Under the pieces are notes generated by a model. That model had not been told where the DNA came from and ran no database searches. It saw nothing but the letters and a program-made list of their open reading frames with translations. A DNA stretch of 64,000 nt from NCBI GenBank assembly GCA_041937175.2, contig CP166615.1, positions 3,136,001 through 3,200,000 of the forward strand, read 5' to 3'. The DNA is from Limnothrix sp. BL-A-16. GTDB taxonomy: Bacteria; Cyanobacteriota; Cyanobacteriia; CACIAM-69d. Below are positions 10,921-21,666 of this stretch, one piece after another. Within the stretch, counting starts at the first letter, position 1. The number at the start of each line of letters is the position of its first letter. The translations under genes were made by a program, and so were the position numbers.

Positions 10921-11439
10921 CTGTTGACTGACCTGATTAACCCACTGACTGAGCTATTTTTTCGCTCCTTGCTGTCCCAGGTTGCCTAGATCGAGAGCAC
11001 AGCACAACCCCAAACCCCCACCCCTGCAAACACATAAAAAACCAGCAACGCCCACTGATCAGCAGCCTGATCGCGGACGTTGCTGGATTTTTTTGAATTG
11101 GAAGCACCCAGGGCCGCACAAGGCCATCGCGCAAGAAGCGATCGCGCTTAGGCCCGTCGTCAGTCGGCTATTGAGCTTTTTGCTAATGAGAGATTGATGT
11201 GTCAACTGTGATGCACTCGATCGTCCATTGGCGCTGCGACATGAGAGTCGATCGCCAATTGAAAATCAACAGTCATCACCCACCAATCAATAACAAATCA
11301 CCAATTAATCCACGTTTCCGTGCATCCATCCCCAAGACGATTTGCACCTCAACTGGGCCCGAATTGCAGAGCAGCCACGACCTCAAACGTCTGATTTCAG
11401 GCTCCACACAACGCGGATTTCAGTTTTGTTGCCATGGAC

Positions 11440-11769
11440 TTAGCGAGCCGCAGCGGCCACCATTCCCAAAGCAGGCACATCCCCTTCTTGATCGCCCCAG
11501 AGCCGAAGACTCGGGAACAGGAAGTGGTTTTCTTCAACGTATTGCGCTCCGAACAACCCTTTTTCGGCCCAAAAGTAGCGATCCGTGGTGTGTTCGTTAC
11601 GCTTTACCAACACCAAAGCGGGGGGATGAATTCCCTCTGCCTTAATGAATTTGCGAGCGGCCGTGACCGGCTTATCTTCGCCACATTCGATGCTATACTG
11701 TGGCACATTCTCAAGAATCCGTCGCCCTTCTTGCCGCCGACGGCTCTTGCGCTTGCGTCTCCTTGCCAA
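11440..11769 (-). CDS. DUF3155 family cyanobacterial protein
   Basis: (M)ARRRKRKSRRRQEGRRILE...RYFWAEKGLFGAQYVEENHFLFPSL; TTG start at 11769 preceded by AGGAGG. Confidence 0.85.
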   Translation of the reverse strand: MARRRKRKSRRRQEGRRILENVPQYSIECGEDKPVTAARKFIKAEGIHPPALVLVKRNEHTTDRYFWAEKGLFGAQYVEENHFLFPSLRLWGDQEGDVPALGMVAAAAR

Positions 11770-12224
11770 CCTCCTTACCTCCCGTGCCAAGATAAGTGTA
11801 GTGACGGTTACAAAAGCCGTGCAAAGTATATCGCCTTTGCGCCAAAATTTCAACTTGTTTTAATTGATCGACATGGATTCAATTACAATTGTTTATTCTG
11901 TCGATTTCTTAGCAGTTTCATTTTGAGCGCCGGCCCATCCAGAAACCTAGAGGCTGCCTGGATTTTGCACAATTGTCGCCCCAGGTTCTTGCGATCCCTC
12001 GCGGCTTTTTAATGATTTTTAATCAGTTTAAATGGAGCAATTTGAATAGAAGCGGTTTGAGATAGCTCCAGCTTAAGGAGTTCTCAAGCCTTGGGGAGAG
12101 CAACGCCGTAATTCTTCACAAAGCCGGCGATCGCCCCATGCGGGAAACCGGGCGCGGCCGCTCCCCAATCCCTGGCAACCGCGAATGTTCCCCGATGGAG
12201 GCCCCCAGGGGGGAGTGGCGAGCA

Positions 12225-13778
12225 ATGGCGAGTTCAACCTTTTTGGCCCTGTGCCAAGCGCAGTTGGCCTTGATGGCGGAAACGCTGCACCTGGGACGGG
12301 GTGTGGTTTATCTGGCGCAGGATTGGTCGGGAACGGCGGAACCGGCTTGGATGCCGGTGTTGGAATATCCGGCTCGGGCCAATACGCAGCTTTTGGGGGA
12401 AGCGGGAACGGGCCGATCGCGCGGTCGGGGCCGATCGCGGTTGCTATCGGGGTCGGGCCCTTGGGCCATGGCTCCTGCGGAGATTACTGCTGCGATCGCG
12501 CCCGGGGCCGAGGTTACGCACCAAGGGGGCGATCGGCCGGACGTGGTGGACTTCTCGATCGCGCCGGAAGCATTCCCCCCGGCGGCCAATCAGATCACGG
12601 ATGCTGACCATTCGGCCTCTGCCCGTTCCACCGCGCCCCCAATAACCGATTTTGACCATTCGGCCGTTGACCCCGCACTGAATCCCCTATTCAATCCCCA
12701 ACCCCATCCGGGCCGATTGGTGCTGCCCTTGGCCCGAGGGGGGATGATGTTGGGGTTGTTGGTGCTCGATCGCCCTAAACCTTGGACTCCCAAGGATCGC
12801 CAACAGGCGGGCCGAGTGGCGGTGACCTTGGCGGCGGCCTGCGAACTCGATCACCGCAATCAATTGTTGGAGGCGGCCTATCGCCAACAACAGACCACGC
12901 AACAGCGCCAGGCGGAATTACTACACAATTGGCTGCACCAGTTTCGGAATCCCCTGACGGCCATTCGGACATTTGGCAAGTTGGTGCTGAAGCGGTTGGG
13001 CGGCGAGGATCGATCGCGCCCACATCTGGAGAGCTTGCTGCGGGAGGGCGATCGACTCCAAGGCATGTTGACGGACTTTAGCCAAGTAATTGACACACCG
13101 GATTGGACGGGCCCAGCGGCCCCCAGCACCGAACAGCCCCCGCCGTCGGAGTTGCCCGCCGCCACCGAAAACAGGGCGGCCCTGCTGTTGCCGGGGGTGA
13201 CGCTTGCCCCTTGGCCCGTCGATGCCTTGGTGATGGATGCGATCGCGGCGGCCGAGGCGGTGGCGATCGAGCGCGGGCGATCGTTTCAAATTTCGTTACC
13301 CGCCGATTTGCCGCCGGTTTTGGCCGATGCCACGGCTTGGCGAGAGGTGTTTAGCAATTTGCTGGATAACGCCATTAAATACGCCTGCGATCGGGGGCGG
13401 GTGCAGGTGCTGGCCCGGGTCGCCACTTGGCAGGATGCGCCCGCGGCCGGCTGGGGGCTGGCGCTGGTGGTCAGCAATCAGGGCCACAATATCCCGCCAG
13501 CGGACTTGGAACGGCTGTTTCAGCGTGGCTTTCGGGGCATTCAGGCCGCCAGTCCGATTCCGGGCACGGGGTTGGGCCTGGCGATCGCCCGTCAGTTGAT
13601 GATGCAAATGGGCGGCCGCTTGGAACTGTTTAGCCCCCCGATCGCCCTGTCTGCGCGGTTGCGGTTGCGGGAAACCCCCGATCGACTCCTTCCCCCGATC
13701 GCCCAGGGAACGATGGTTGTGGCTTGGTTGCCCCTGGCAGAAACGAATCCAGCGCCTCCTAAATCACCCCCTGAATGA
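12225..13778 (+). CDS. hik2: GAF-HisKA-HATPase sensor kinase, Hik2/chloroplast sensor kinase type
   Basis: N-terminus ASSTFLALCQAQ, H-box LHQFRNPLTAIRTFGKL, NLLDNAIKY, GTGLGLAI; divergent from DUF3155. Confidence 0.8.
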   Translation: MASSTFLALCQAQLALMAETLHLGRGVVYLAQDWSGTAEPAWMPVLEYPARANTQLLGEAGTGRSRGRGRSRLLSGSGPWAMAPAEITAAIAPGAEVTHQGGDRPDVVDFSIAPEAFPPAANQITDADHSASARSTAPPITDFDHSAVDPALNPLFNPQPHPGRLVLPLARGGMMLGLLVLDRPKPWTPKDRQQAGRVAVTLAAACELDHRNQLLEAAYRQQQTTQQRQAELLHNWLHQFRNPLTAIRTFGKLVLKRLGGEDRSRPHLESLLREGDRLQGMLTDFSQVIDTPDWTGPAAPSTEQPPPSELPAATENRAALLLPGVTLAPWPVDALVMDAIAAAEAVAIERGRSFQISLPADLPPVLADATAWREVFSNLLDNAIKYACDRGRVQVLARVATWQDAPAAGWGLALVVSNQGHNIPPADLERLFQRGFRGIQAASPIPGTGLGLAIARQLMMQMGGRLELFSPPIALSARLRLRETPDRLLPPIAQGTMVVAWLPLAETNPAPPKSPPE

Positions 13779-13818
13779 ACGGCTGAATGAATAGCTAAGT
13801 CAGCGGCTGAATCCACCG

Positions 13819-14796
13819 CTAAACCGACTGGTTAACCGGCCGAATGCCCACCGCACTGAATTGGGTGACCCAAAATTCCAAATCCGGATCCGGCAGGGCC
13901 GATCGCGCGGCGGCCTGGATTTCCTGAGCTTGGCTGGCGGATTCGGCCAAGGCAAAAACCGAGGGGCCAGAACCGGACATCATCGCTCCCAGCGGGGCCA
14001 GGCGATCGAGCAAATCCCGCAACTGCGCAATTTGGGGATGGGCCGGCAACACCACCCGTTCCAGGTCATTGCGCAACAGGGGCCGCAGCCCCGAAAGACC
14101 CGCCCGATCGCCCGCAGCCAAGGCCTGGAGCGATCGCACGAGGGGCCCGGACTTGGCCGCCGTATGCCGGGCCGCTTGGGCCTCCGGGGTGCGAGCATAG
14201 TCCGCCCCAAATTGAGCGCGATAGGTTTGATAGGCCCAGGGTGTGGAAACGCCCAAACTGCGATATTTTGCCAGCACTAACCACACCTGATCCACCCCCG
14301 CGAGGGGATCCAGCACCTCGCCGCGTCCCGTGGCCAAAGCTGTCCCCCCGCCCACACAGAAGGGCACATCGGATCCCAACTCAGCCGCCAACTCCTGCAA
14401 TTCTCCCTGGGTGAGGCCCAGGCCCCAGGCCAAGTCCAGCCCCACCAACACCGCCGCCCCATTGCCCGATCCTCCGGCTAAGCCAGCGGCCACGGGAATT
14501 CGCTTTTCAATTTCGATCGCCACGCCCCCAAATTTGGCGAAGGCTTCGGGGAACCGCTCGCTCATCAGGGCGGCGGCCCGATAGGCTAAATTGCTGGCAT
14601 CGTTCGGCACACCCTCGGCGGCGCACTCCACTTGGATCACGCCCTGCATTCCCGATCGCACATGGACGAGATCCGCCAAGTCAATGCTCTGGAACACGGT
14701 GGCCAACTCATGGAAACCATCGGGACGATCGCCCACAATTTCCAAATAGAGATTAATTTTGGCGGGCGATCGCAGCGAATAGGATTTCATCGGCAC
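13819..14796 (-). CDS. ispE: 4-(cytidine 5'-diphospho)-2-C-methyl-D-erythritol kinase
   Basis: PAKINLYL, KRIPVAAGLAGGSGNGA, LGSDVPF, MMSGSGPSVF. Confidence 0.96.
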   Translation of the reverse strand: MPMKSYSLRSPAKINLYLEIVGDRPDGFHELATVFQSIDLADLVHVRSGMQGVIQVECAAEGVPNDASNLAYRAAALMSERFPEAFAKFGGVAIEIEKRIPVAAGLAGGSGNGAAVLVGLDLAWGLGLTQGELQELAAELGSDVPFCVGGGTALATGRGEVLDPLAGVDQVWLVLAKYRSLGVSTPWAYQTYRAQFGADYARTPEAQAARHTAAKSGPLVRSLQALAAGDRAGLSGLRPLLRNDLERVVLPAHPQIAQLRDLLDRLAPLGAMMSGSGPSVFALAESASQAQEIQAAARSALPDPDLEFWVTQFSAVGIRPVNQSV

Positions 14797-14871
14797 GCAA
14801 GCATCAGGACAAAAGCGTCCCCATTGTCTCAGAAGGGGCCCACGAGACCATCGATGGTTGATTAACCTTGC

Positions 14872-16749
14872 CTATCTTGGGGGCGATTGGCGCGATCGGG
14901 GCGATCGGCGCGGCTTGCTCAACTGCTCCACACTCAGCAGCGTCACCCCAAGGGTCACCAACCCAATGCCCAGCCACTGCCCCCCGGCCAGGGATTCTTG
15001 GATCAAAATCCAGGCCGCCAGCGCCGTTAGGGCATTACCCGAGGCACTGAGAATTGCTGTCCAAGCGGCCCCCACCCGTTGCACCGCCAAGTTATTCAGC
15101 AGGTAGCCCCCCAAGGTCAACAGCCCCAAAATGACTCCACCCAACAGCAGGCCGCCCCAAGTTCCCGGCAACACCTGCACCGTCACCGCCTCCGGCCGCG
15201 CAATGAGTCCAAAGCAAGCCAGCACAAACACCCACAGGAAGGAAACCAGGGTGAATGGCACGGGATGCAAGGTTTTGGTTCCCCATTGCACCGTGAGCAG
15301 ATAGCCCGCAAAGGCTGCACCGGCCGCTAATCCACTGGAAAGACCCACCCAGTTATCGCCTGCGGCCGGGCCGCCCTCAGGCAAGGCCAAGCCGCCCCCC
15401 AACAGAATCAGGGCCGTGAGAAACAAGCGCAGGGCTGTGGGTCGATCGCCCAATAGCCACCAAGACAAGGGCAGGGTAAAGACGGGGTAGAGAAAAAAGA
15501 GGGTGACCGCCAAGCCCGTCGGCAAATTCCCGATCGCCACATAGAGCAGCACTTGGGATACAAACATGAAAAAGCCGTTCAGCAAAATCATTTGCCAAGA
15601 CCGACGATCGCGGCTTTGGCAGAGGTGGCGAATTTCCTGCCAAGTGGCGGGATACAGCCAAGTGGCCAACACCGGAAACACCAGCACGATCGCCAGGGTG
15701 CGCAACAGCAAAATCAGCAGGGAATTGCCCAGCCCCGGCGCAATGATGCCGGGTAGGGTCACCACCCCTAATAGGGTTTCCGGAGCATTGCCCGTAAACA
15801 ACAGCTTCAGGGCGACATTGAACAGGGCCAACAACAGGGCCGCCACCAGGGCCAACAGCCAGCCCGGTTGCCGCAGGGTCTGAGGATGGGGGACGGAGGG
15901 TTTCACGGCCGCAAGGGGGTGAGGGAACAAAACGGGAGCCGGAGCGGGCAAGGGGGTGATCGGGGAGGCGGCCCGATCGGGCGCGGTTGATCCAGGCTCA
16001 GGAACCGCAGAATTGGGAACCGCAGGATCAGTCCCAAGGGAATCGGGGGCGATCGGGGTTTCCCAACGAGCCATCAACTGCTTCAACAACAATTCCCCCT
16101 GCTGTTGCCGACGGGCCAACCGGCTGAGTCGTTGGGCCAGCGCCTGTTCATAGGCCGCTAAGTCTTGATGGAGATGGGTGAAAACTTGGGCCAGGGTTTG
16201 ATCCAGCGCCATCAATTGTCGCTCGATCGCGGTGCTGCTGAGACGACCATGAATCACCACGGGCGCGCCGATCGTGGCGGCATCCCCCGATCGCAGTTCT
16301 TGGGCCAAGGCCTGAAACCGTTGGTCGATCGCCCTTTTCAGGTGGGATCCCATATGTTGAGCCAGTTGTTTTGCCCACTGTTGGGCCCAAGCTTGGCTGG
16401 TGGGATCCAGCAGGGATTGGCCCGGGGCAGGCTGTGCTCGCAGTTGTTGGCGATAGCGAGCGAGGCGATCAAGATCCAACAGTAATTGGGTTTTCTCAGC
16501 GCTCAGGCGATCAAGATCTTGGGCAAGCTGGTCAAGTTGCGATCGCTGAAGAATCTGCAATTGCTCCATCACCGCCGACCAATCCCGTGCTGCTTCTGGG
16601 TCGATCGGGGCCAGGCTTGATCGATCATCACCAGCATCCCCCGCCGCCGATCGGGTGGGATCCAGATTGGGATTGAAACCCATAGGGTCGATCGCGGGTT
16701 CTTCAATGGGCAAGGGTGGTTGCTCCGATGGCCTGTTGATTAACCCCAT
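14872..16749 (-). CDS. EamA/DMT family transporter with N-terminal coiled-coil region
   Basis: Gln/Leu-rich coiled-coil N-half, then ~10 TM helices with an EamA pattern (AIGNLPTGLAVTLFFLYP). Confidence 0.85.
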   Translation of the reverse strand: MGLINRPSEQPPLPIEEPAIDPMGFNPNLDPTRSAAGDAGDDRSSLAPIDPEAARDWSAVMEQLQILQRSQLDQLAQDLDRLSAEKTQLLLDLDRLARYRQQLRAQPAPGQSLLDPTSQAWAQQWAKQLAQHMGSHLKRAIDQRFQALAQELRSGDAATIGAPVVIHGRLSSTAIERQLMALDQTLAQVFTHLHQDLAAYEQALAQRLSRLARRQQQGELLLKQLMARWETPIAPDSLGTDPAVPNSAVPEPGSTAPDRAASPITPLPAPAPVLFPHPLAAVKPSVPHPQTLRQPGWLLALVAALLLALFNVALKLLFTGNAPETLLGVVTLPGIIAPGLGNSLLILLLRTLAIVLVFPVLATWLYPATWQEIRHLCQSRDRRSWQMILLNGFFMFVSQVLLYVAIGNLPTGLAVTLFFLYPVFTLPLSWWLLGDRPTALRLFLTALILLGGGLALPEGGPAAGDNWVGLSSGLAAGAAFAGYLLTVQWGTKTLHPVPFTLVSFLWVFVLACFGLIARPEAVTVQVLPGTWGGLLLGGVILGLLTLGGYLLNNLAVQRVGAAWTAILSASGNALTALAAWILIQESLAGGQWLGIGLVTLGVTLLSVEQLSKPRRSPRSRQSPPR

Positions 16750-16895
16750 GGAAATGGCTCAGGTCAGTGGCTCAGGTCAGTGGCTTTGCGGTTGAACAGC
16801 TCCGCATTTTGCGCCTCTAGCATTGCTCAATCATGATGGCTCAATCCTGGGCCAATTGGGCATGGCCGCCTTGGGCCCGGCCCAGCGGGACAGCC

Positions 16896-17975
16896 TCAAG
16901 ATGGCCCAGCGGTGACCGATGCGCTGAAGTGCTGGAAGCTGGCCGATCGCCCGATCGGCTCGATCACCCCTGGATCCACTACCCAGGCGATCGGCTGCTG
17001 CGTTAACGCCTCTGGAGCCACCATCTCTCCCACAATGGCCGCCGAACCGCCCAAGGACTGCACCAAAGCAGCAGCCAAATCCGGCGGTAAACACAGCACC
17101 AATTCAAAATCTTCGCCCCCGTAAAGCGTCCAATGGCGGGCCCGCGCCAGCCCCACCGCCGCCGCTAATCCCGCCGGAATGGGCAGCCGATCGCCCCACA
17201 GTTTCGCCCGCAGGCCGCTGGCTTGGGCCAATTGCACCACCGCATCGGCCAGCCCGTCGCTGGAGTCCATGGCGGCCAGGGGGCGATCGGCCAGCCTGGG
17301 GCGCAGTTGATCCAGTAGTTGATCTAACTGAGCAATTGCGTCCAACCGGGGAATTGGGTATTGGTGGGCCTGAATCCAGGCCGATCGCGCCGCGGCCGAA
17401 GGTTCCACAGCCTCCGGGGGCCAATCAGCCCACAGCAGGGCCAACCCCGCGCGGGAAGCCCCATGCTCACCCGTCACCACGATCGCATCTCCCGGTTGGG
17501 CCGCGTGGCGCTGGAGGGAGCGATCGGGCAAAACCGACCCGATCGCCGTGATGGCCACCGTGGCCACGGTCGATCGCGTCACATCACCCCCCACAATCGC
17601 CCCGCCAAACTGCGCTAAACAATCGGCCATCCCCCCATAGAGGGACTCCACCCAGTCGATCGAACAATTCCCCGGCAGAGACAGCCCCACGGTAATTGCC
17701 CGAGGCGTTGCCCCCATAGCAGCCAAATCGGACAAATTAGCCGCCACCGCTCGCCACCCGATCGACCTGGGAGGCGTGGTGCGATCGCTAAAATGCACCC
17801 CGTCCACCAGCACATCAGTCGTGACCACCAGCGATCGACCCTCGGGCCAATCCAACAGGGCCGCGTCATCACCCACCACCGAGCGATCGCAAAAGGCAAA
17901 CAACCGCGCCAGTAACCCCGCTTCTCCCACATCCGCCAACCGCAACGATTCCACCGCGTCCACAACCTCCCGCAC
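16896..17975 (-). CDS. thiL: Thiamine-monophosphate kinase
   Basis: GDDAA, TTDVLVDGVHF, NLSDLAAMGA, MDSSDGL, GGEDFEL. Confidence 0.96.
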   Translation of the reverse strand: MREVVDAVESLRLADVGEAGLLARLFAFCDRSVVGDDAALLDWPEGRSLVVTTDVLVDGVHFSDRTTPPRSIGWRAVAANLSDLAAMGATPRAITVGLSLPGNCSIDWVESLYGGMADCLAQFGGAIVGGDVTRSTVATVAITAIGSVLPDRSLQRHAAQPGDAIVVTGEHGASRAGLALLWADWPPEAVEPSAAARSAWIQAHQYPIPRLDAIAQLDQLLDQLRPRLADRPLAAMDSSDGLADAVVQLAQASGLRAKLWGDRLPIPAGLAAAVGLARARHWTLYGGEDFELVLCLPPDLAAALVQSLGGSAAIVGEMVAPEALTQQPIAWVVDPGVIEPIGRSASFQHFSASVTAGPS

Positions 17976-18169
17976 TCACTCCAAGCGCACCCAACCAAAA
18001 CATAACGACTCTGCAACCCAGGCAACCCAGCCCATCGGAACGGTTCCCAACGCCCAAAGCAAAGTCCCCCTTGGCATCCAGGCCAAGCGGGGACTCAATC
18101 CTCGGGGAGGCGTTCGCTGCAAGACAGGTTCCGAGCAAACGGCATCACTCAGAACCTGCTGTCACTCAT

Positions 18170-18275
18170 AGGACTTACGCAAAACCTCAGGGGAGTCAGC
18201 ATTCTTCCAGTTCCCCTCGCCCTTTTTGGGAGAGGGGCTAGGGGTGAGGGTCTTAGCAAATCCTGCGTAAGTCCT
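18170..18275. mobile_element. MITE-like element with 12-bp terminal inverted repeats and an internal hairpin
   Basis: AGGACTTACGCA (18170-18181) and TGCGTAAGTCCT (18264-18275); internal CCCCTCGCCC-tttt-GGGAGAGGGG hairpin; no coding capacity. Confidence 0.75.
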
Positions 18276-18277
18276 GA

Positions 18278-19459
18278 CTAACTGGGCTGCACCAGATTTT
18301 CCAGCCCATCCACCACCGTTGCCTTCACCACCTTGTCACCGGGGCGAATCTTATCCAGCACCGCCTTGGCATCGCTAATCGAATAACCAAATACCGCATA
18401 GCGACCATCCAGCAGGTTGGCCCCGGCGGGGGTCAGTTCCGGTTCAAACAGGAAGAAAAACACCTGAGACGAACCACCGTCGGGATCCGGCTCCGGTCGG
18501 GCCATGGCCAGGGCCCCATAGGACGAGAAGGGCAGCACGGGCAAATCGCCATAGCGGCCCGCATCTTCAAGCGTGATGCCGTAGGTGGGTTCTTTGTCGC
18601 CGCTGGCCAGAATTTCTAGGGGAATGGCGCGATATTCATTGGTTTTGGGATCGATGAAGCCTTCGGCGGGGCCGGCCGGATCGCCAAATTGCAACACGTA
18701 GGAATCTTCGGCGCGGGTGAAGGGCAACCCGTCATAGAACCCCCGCTGCACCAAGTCCACAAAGTTGCCGGCCGTGACAGGGGCGCTGTAGCCATCCACC
18801 ACCACGGTGACGCTGCCTTTGCTGGTTTCAAGGTCGATCGTGGCGCGGCCCTTCAGTTGGGGCAAGTTGGCATATTGGGCGGGCACTTCAAAGGGGAAAC
18901 CCTGCACCATATCCGCTTCGATCGCCCCCACTGCGTCCAGAATCTCCCGGCGCAGTTCCCAAACCGTGGATTTATCTTTGGTTTCCACGGCGGCTTGGGC
19001 CTTGGCGATCGTCTCGCTAATTTGACCGAGCTTTTGGGCGGCGGCTTCCTGGCGATCGGGACGAACGGCCGCCAAAATTTGGTCGCGCTTGTAGGTCACC
19101 GTGCGATCGGCCGTTTTCAAGCTGCTGGCCATGGGACTCCAACGCTTAGCCCGCAGGGAACCGGCGATCGATTCCACCTCCGATTGCACCTTGCGAATGG
19201 GCGCATTGTCGATCGGCAAGGAGTAGCGCAGCAGGGCCTTACCGTCGGTGATCGCATTCCCGGCCGGCAACGCTGCCCAAGCGGGAGCCACCCCGATCAT
19301 CCACAGCACCATCACCAGGCTCAGGGCGATCGCCCAACCGCCCATCCCCCCTTGCTCCCGTCGTTGCAGTTGTCGATCGACCACCGCTGTCCAGGTTTCG
19401 ATCGTCTTCGCCCACCCGGAGCGGGTTTGCCCTGCCTTAAGTCGCCTTGGAATAGCCAT
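18278..19459 (-). CDS. Cyclophilin-type peptidyl-prolyl isomerase (TLP40/CYP38-like)
   Basis: ALPAGNAITDGKALLRYSLP, LPQLKGRAT, DGYSAPVTAGNFVDLV, GSSQVFF, LDGRYAVFGY; start uncertain. Confidence 0.92.
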   Translation of the reverse strand: MAIPRRLKAGQTRSGWAKTIETWTAVVDRQLQRREQGGMGGWAIALSLVMVLWMIGVAPAWAALPAGNAITDGKALLRYSLPIDNAPIRKVQSEVESIAGSLRAKRWSPMASSLKTADRTVTYKRDQILAAVRPDRQEAAAQKLGQISETIAKAQAAVETKDKSTVWELRREILDAVGAIEADMVQGFPFEVPAQYANLPQLKGRATIDLETSKGSVTVVVDGYSAPVTAGNFVDLVQRGFYDGLPFTRAEDSYVLQFGDPAGPAEGFIDPKTNEYRAIPLEILASGDKEPTYGITLEDAGRYGDLPVLPFSSYGALAMARPEPDPDGGSSQVFFFLFEPELTPAGANLLDGRYAVFGYSISDAKAVLDKIRPGDKVVKATVVDGLENLVQPS

Positions 19460-19811
19460 GATCGAAGATAAATCGAGGTCAATCGAAGTGAATGAAAAAT
19501 ATTGCTGGCTGAACCATGCTGGCTGAACCATGCTGGCTGAACCGGCAATTTCGGTAGCCAACCCGCAAGCCAGCCCCCAGGACTCGCAAGGAAACCAGCC
19601 CTAAAAACTAGCCCGCCAGCCCGAAAACCATCGCAACAGCATTAAGCTTGATCGCCAGTTTTCACTAGCCCATCGAGAGGCTGCCAATCTTCCAATCTTG
19701 CCATAGCCCGGTCGATTCCAGATTCCTGGCCCCAATACCCAACGGCCCCAAAAAGCGGTAGAGTGTATCCCGTCCTATGCCCGCCTGCGGTGCTTTGTAA
19801 ACCAGCTTCCG

Positions 19812-20372
19812 ATGATTTCCAGTAACGATTTCCGCCCCGGTGTCACGATCGAGCTAGACAATGGTGTCTGGCGAGTTGTCGAGTTTTTGCACGTCAAACC
19901 CGGCAAAGGCGCAGCGTTTGTTCGCACGAAGCTGAAAAACGCGCAGACCGGCAGCGTGGTTGAGCGCACCTTCCGCGCAGGGGAAACGGTTCCACAAGCG
20001 ACCCTGGAAAAAAGCGACATGCAGCACACCTACATGGACGGTGAGCAGTATGTGTTCATGGACATGAAGACCTACGAGGAAATGAACATTTCCGCCGCCC
20101 AAATTGGCGATCGGGTCAAATACCTGAAAGAAGGGATGGAAGCTCAGGTGGTGACCTGGAACGGCAAGGTGATTGAAGTGGACTTGCCCAACACCGTGGT
20201 TCTGGAAGTGGTGGAAACGGATCCCGGCGTGAAGGGCGACACCGCCACCGGGGGTCAAAAGCCCGCCAAACTGGAAACCGGCGCAACGGTCATGGTTCCC
20301 CTGTTCATTTCCGTGGGCGAAAAATTGCGGATTGACACCCGCGAAGACAAGTACCTTGGCCGCGAAAATTAA
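19812..20372 (+). CDS. efp: Translation elongation factor P
   Basis: [27 protein letters not shown]. Confidence 0.98.
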   Translation: MISSNDFRPGVTIELDNGVWRVVEFLHVKPGKGAAFVRTKLKNAQTGSVVERTFRAGETVPQATLEKSDMQHTYMDGEQYVFMDMKTYEEMNISAAQIGDRVKYLKEGMEAQVVTWNGKVIEVDLPNTVVLEVVETDPGVKGDTATGGQKPAKLETGATVMVPLFISVGEKLRIDTREDKYLGREN

Positions 20373-20697
20373 TTTCCTTCCAAAGCTCCTGGCGATTGGG
20401 CCCTGGAGCACCACGACCGATCGCCAGGGGCTATAGGCAATTAGTGTTACAACCGATACTGAATCAGCCCCTACCCCTGGTCTGGGCAACCCTTGGGAAT
20501 CCGCAAGCGATCGTCCTCAGACCAGGCAGCTCTCTAAACTAAATCCTGACTAAATCCTGCATTTTGCATTGCCTTGGTTTGCATTGCTTTAGATTGCCTC
20601 TTTTTCAACTCGGAGCCTGGGCCCAAGGCCCCATAGACGGCTCTTTTTTGAATCCCTTTAACGCTTTAACATTCTGCGATTAGGAGCGAGACGACCC

Positions 20698-21195
20698 GTG
20701 CCGCTGGACTTTGACGAATTGCGGGAACTGCTGCTGGTTCTGAACCAGACGGACATTGCCGAAGTGACGCTCAAGCAAGGTGACTATGAGCTGACGGTGC
20801 GCAAGGCAGTGGCGGTCGCAGCGGCAGGCACGGCGATCGCCCCGGTGGCCATGGCAGCGGCCCCGATCGCCCCGGCGGCGGCCCCGGTGACCATGGCAGC
20901 GCCCCAGGAGCCAGCAGCGCCGCCCGCCTCGCCGCCGCCCCTCAACGATCCCAAACTGCTGGAGATCAAATCTCCGATGGTGGGCACGTTCTACCGGGCC
21001 CCGGCCCCTGGCGAGCCGCCCTTTGTGCAGCCGGGCGATCGGATCACCTCGGGGCAAACGGTTTGCATCATCGAAGCCATGAAGCTGATGAACGAGCTAG
21101 AGGCTGAAGTCAGCGGCGAAGTGGTGGAAGTTTTGGTGGAAAATGCCCAGCCCGTCGAATTCGATCAAGTTCTGATGCGGGTGCGGCCCGCCTAG
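20698..21195 (+). CDS. accB: Acetyl-CoA carboxylase biotin carboxyl carrier protein
   Basis: [11 protein letters not shown], biotinylation motif EAMKLMNE; follows efp. Confidence 0.98.
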   Translation: MPLDFDELRELLLVLNQTDIAEVTLKQGDYELTVRKAVAVAAAGTAIAPVAMAAAPIAPAAAPVTMAAPQEPAAPPASPPPLNDPKLLEIKSPMVGTFYRAPAPGEPPFVQPGDRITSGQTVCIIEAMKLMNELEAEVSGEVVEVLVENAQPVEFDQVLMRVRPA

Positions 21196-21217
21196 ATCAC
21201 CTGCCCCCATCAAGCGC

Positions 21218-21559
21218 ATGGATAGTGAACCCAGCAACCCTAATTTTCCCGCCGATGACTCCTCCAGCGGCAACCTGCGATCGAGCCTCACGGAATCGAT
21301 CGACCTAGCCGAATGGGATTGGCTGAAGCCCCACATCGGCCGCGATGCCGTGATCGTAGTTACGCCAGATTTGGACTTGGCCGAAGTGGGCGAAGCCCTG
21401 GCCAGCGACAACACCGCCGTCGTGCAGCGCTGGATTGATGAACAGGCGATCGCAAAACCCACCCAAGCTGAACTCGCGGAATGGGATCGATCGGGCAATG
21501 CTCGCTTTCAGGCCATGATTGTTGCGCCCTTTGTGCTGGTCAAGCTGATCACTGACTAG
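21218..21559 (+). CDS. DUF2288 family protein
   Basis: AEWDWLKPH..RDAVIVV..LDLAEVG.ALASDN..VQRWI...F.A.IVAPFVLV. Confidence 0.85.
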   Translation: MDSEPSNPNFPADDSSSGNLRSSLTESIDLAEWDWLKPHIGRDAVIVVTPDLDLAEVGEALASDNTAVVQRWIDEQAIAKPTQAELAEWDRSGNARFQAMIVAPFVLVKLITD

Positions 21560-21666
21560 GTTCGCTTCCCAAGATCAGGATTACGCTAACCTAAGAGTGA
21601 TTGATGCTTGAACACAAAGCATCATAACTGTATCTATGGGACACAAAATCTAAGGGATAAAAGCCC

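Noticed and set aside
18060..18168. TPP riboswitch upstream of thiL (CTGAG and GAACCTG on the minus strand)
   Set aside because: The rest of the consensus (GATC..G.TAATGCC.GCG.AGGGA) and the P1-P5 pairing are not evident; an Infernal RF00059 scan would settle it
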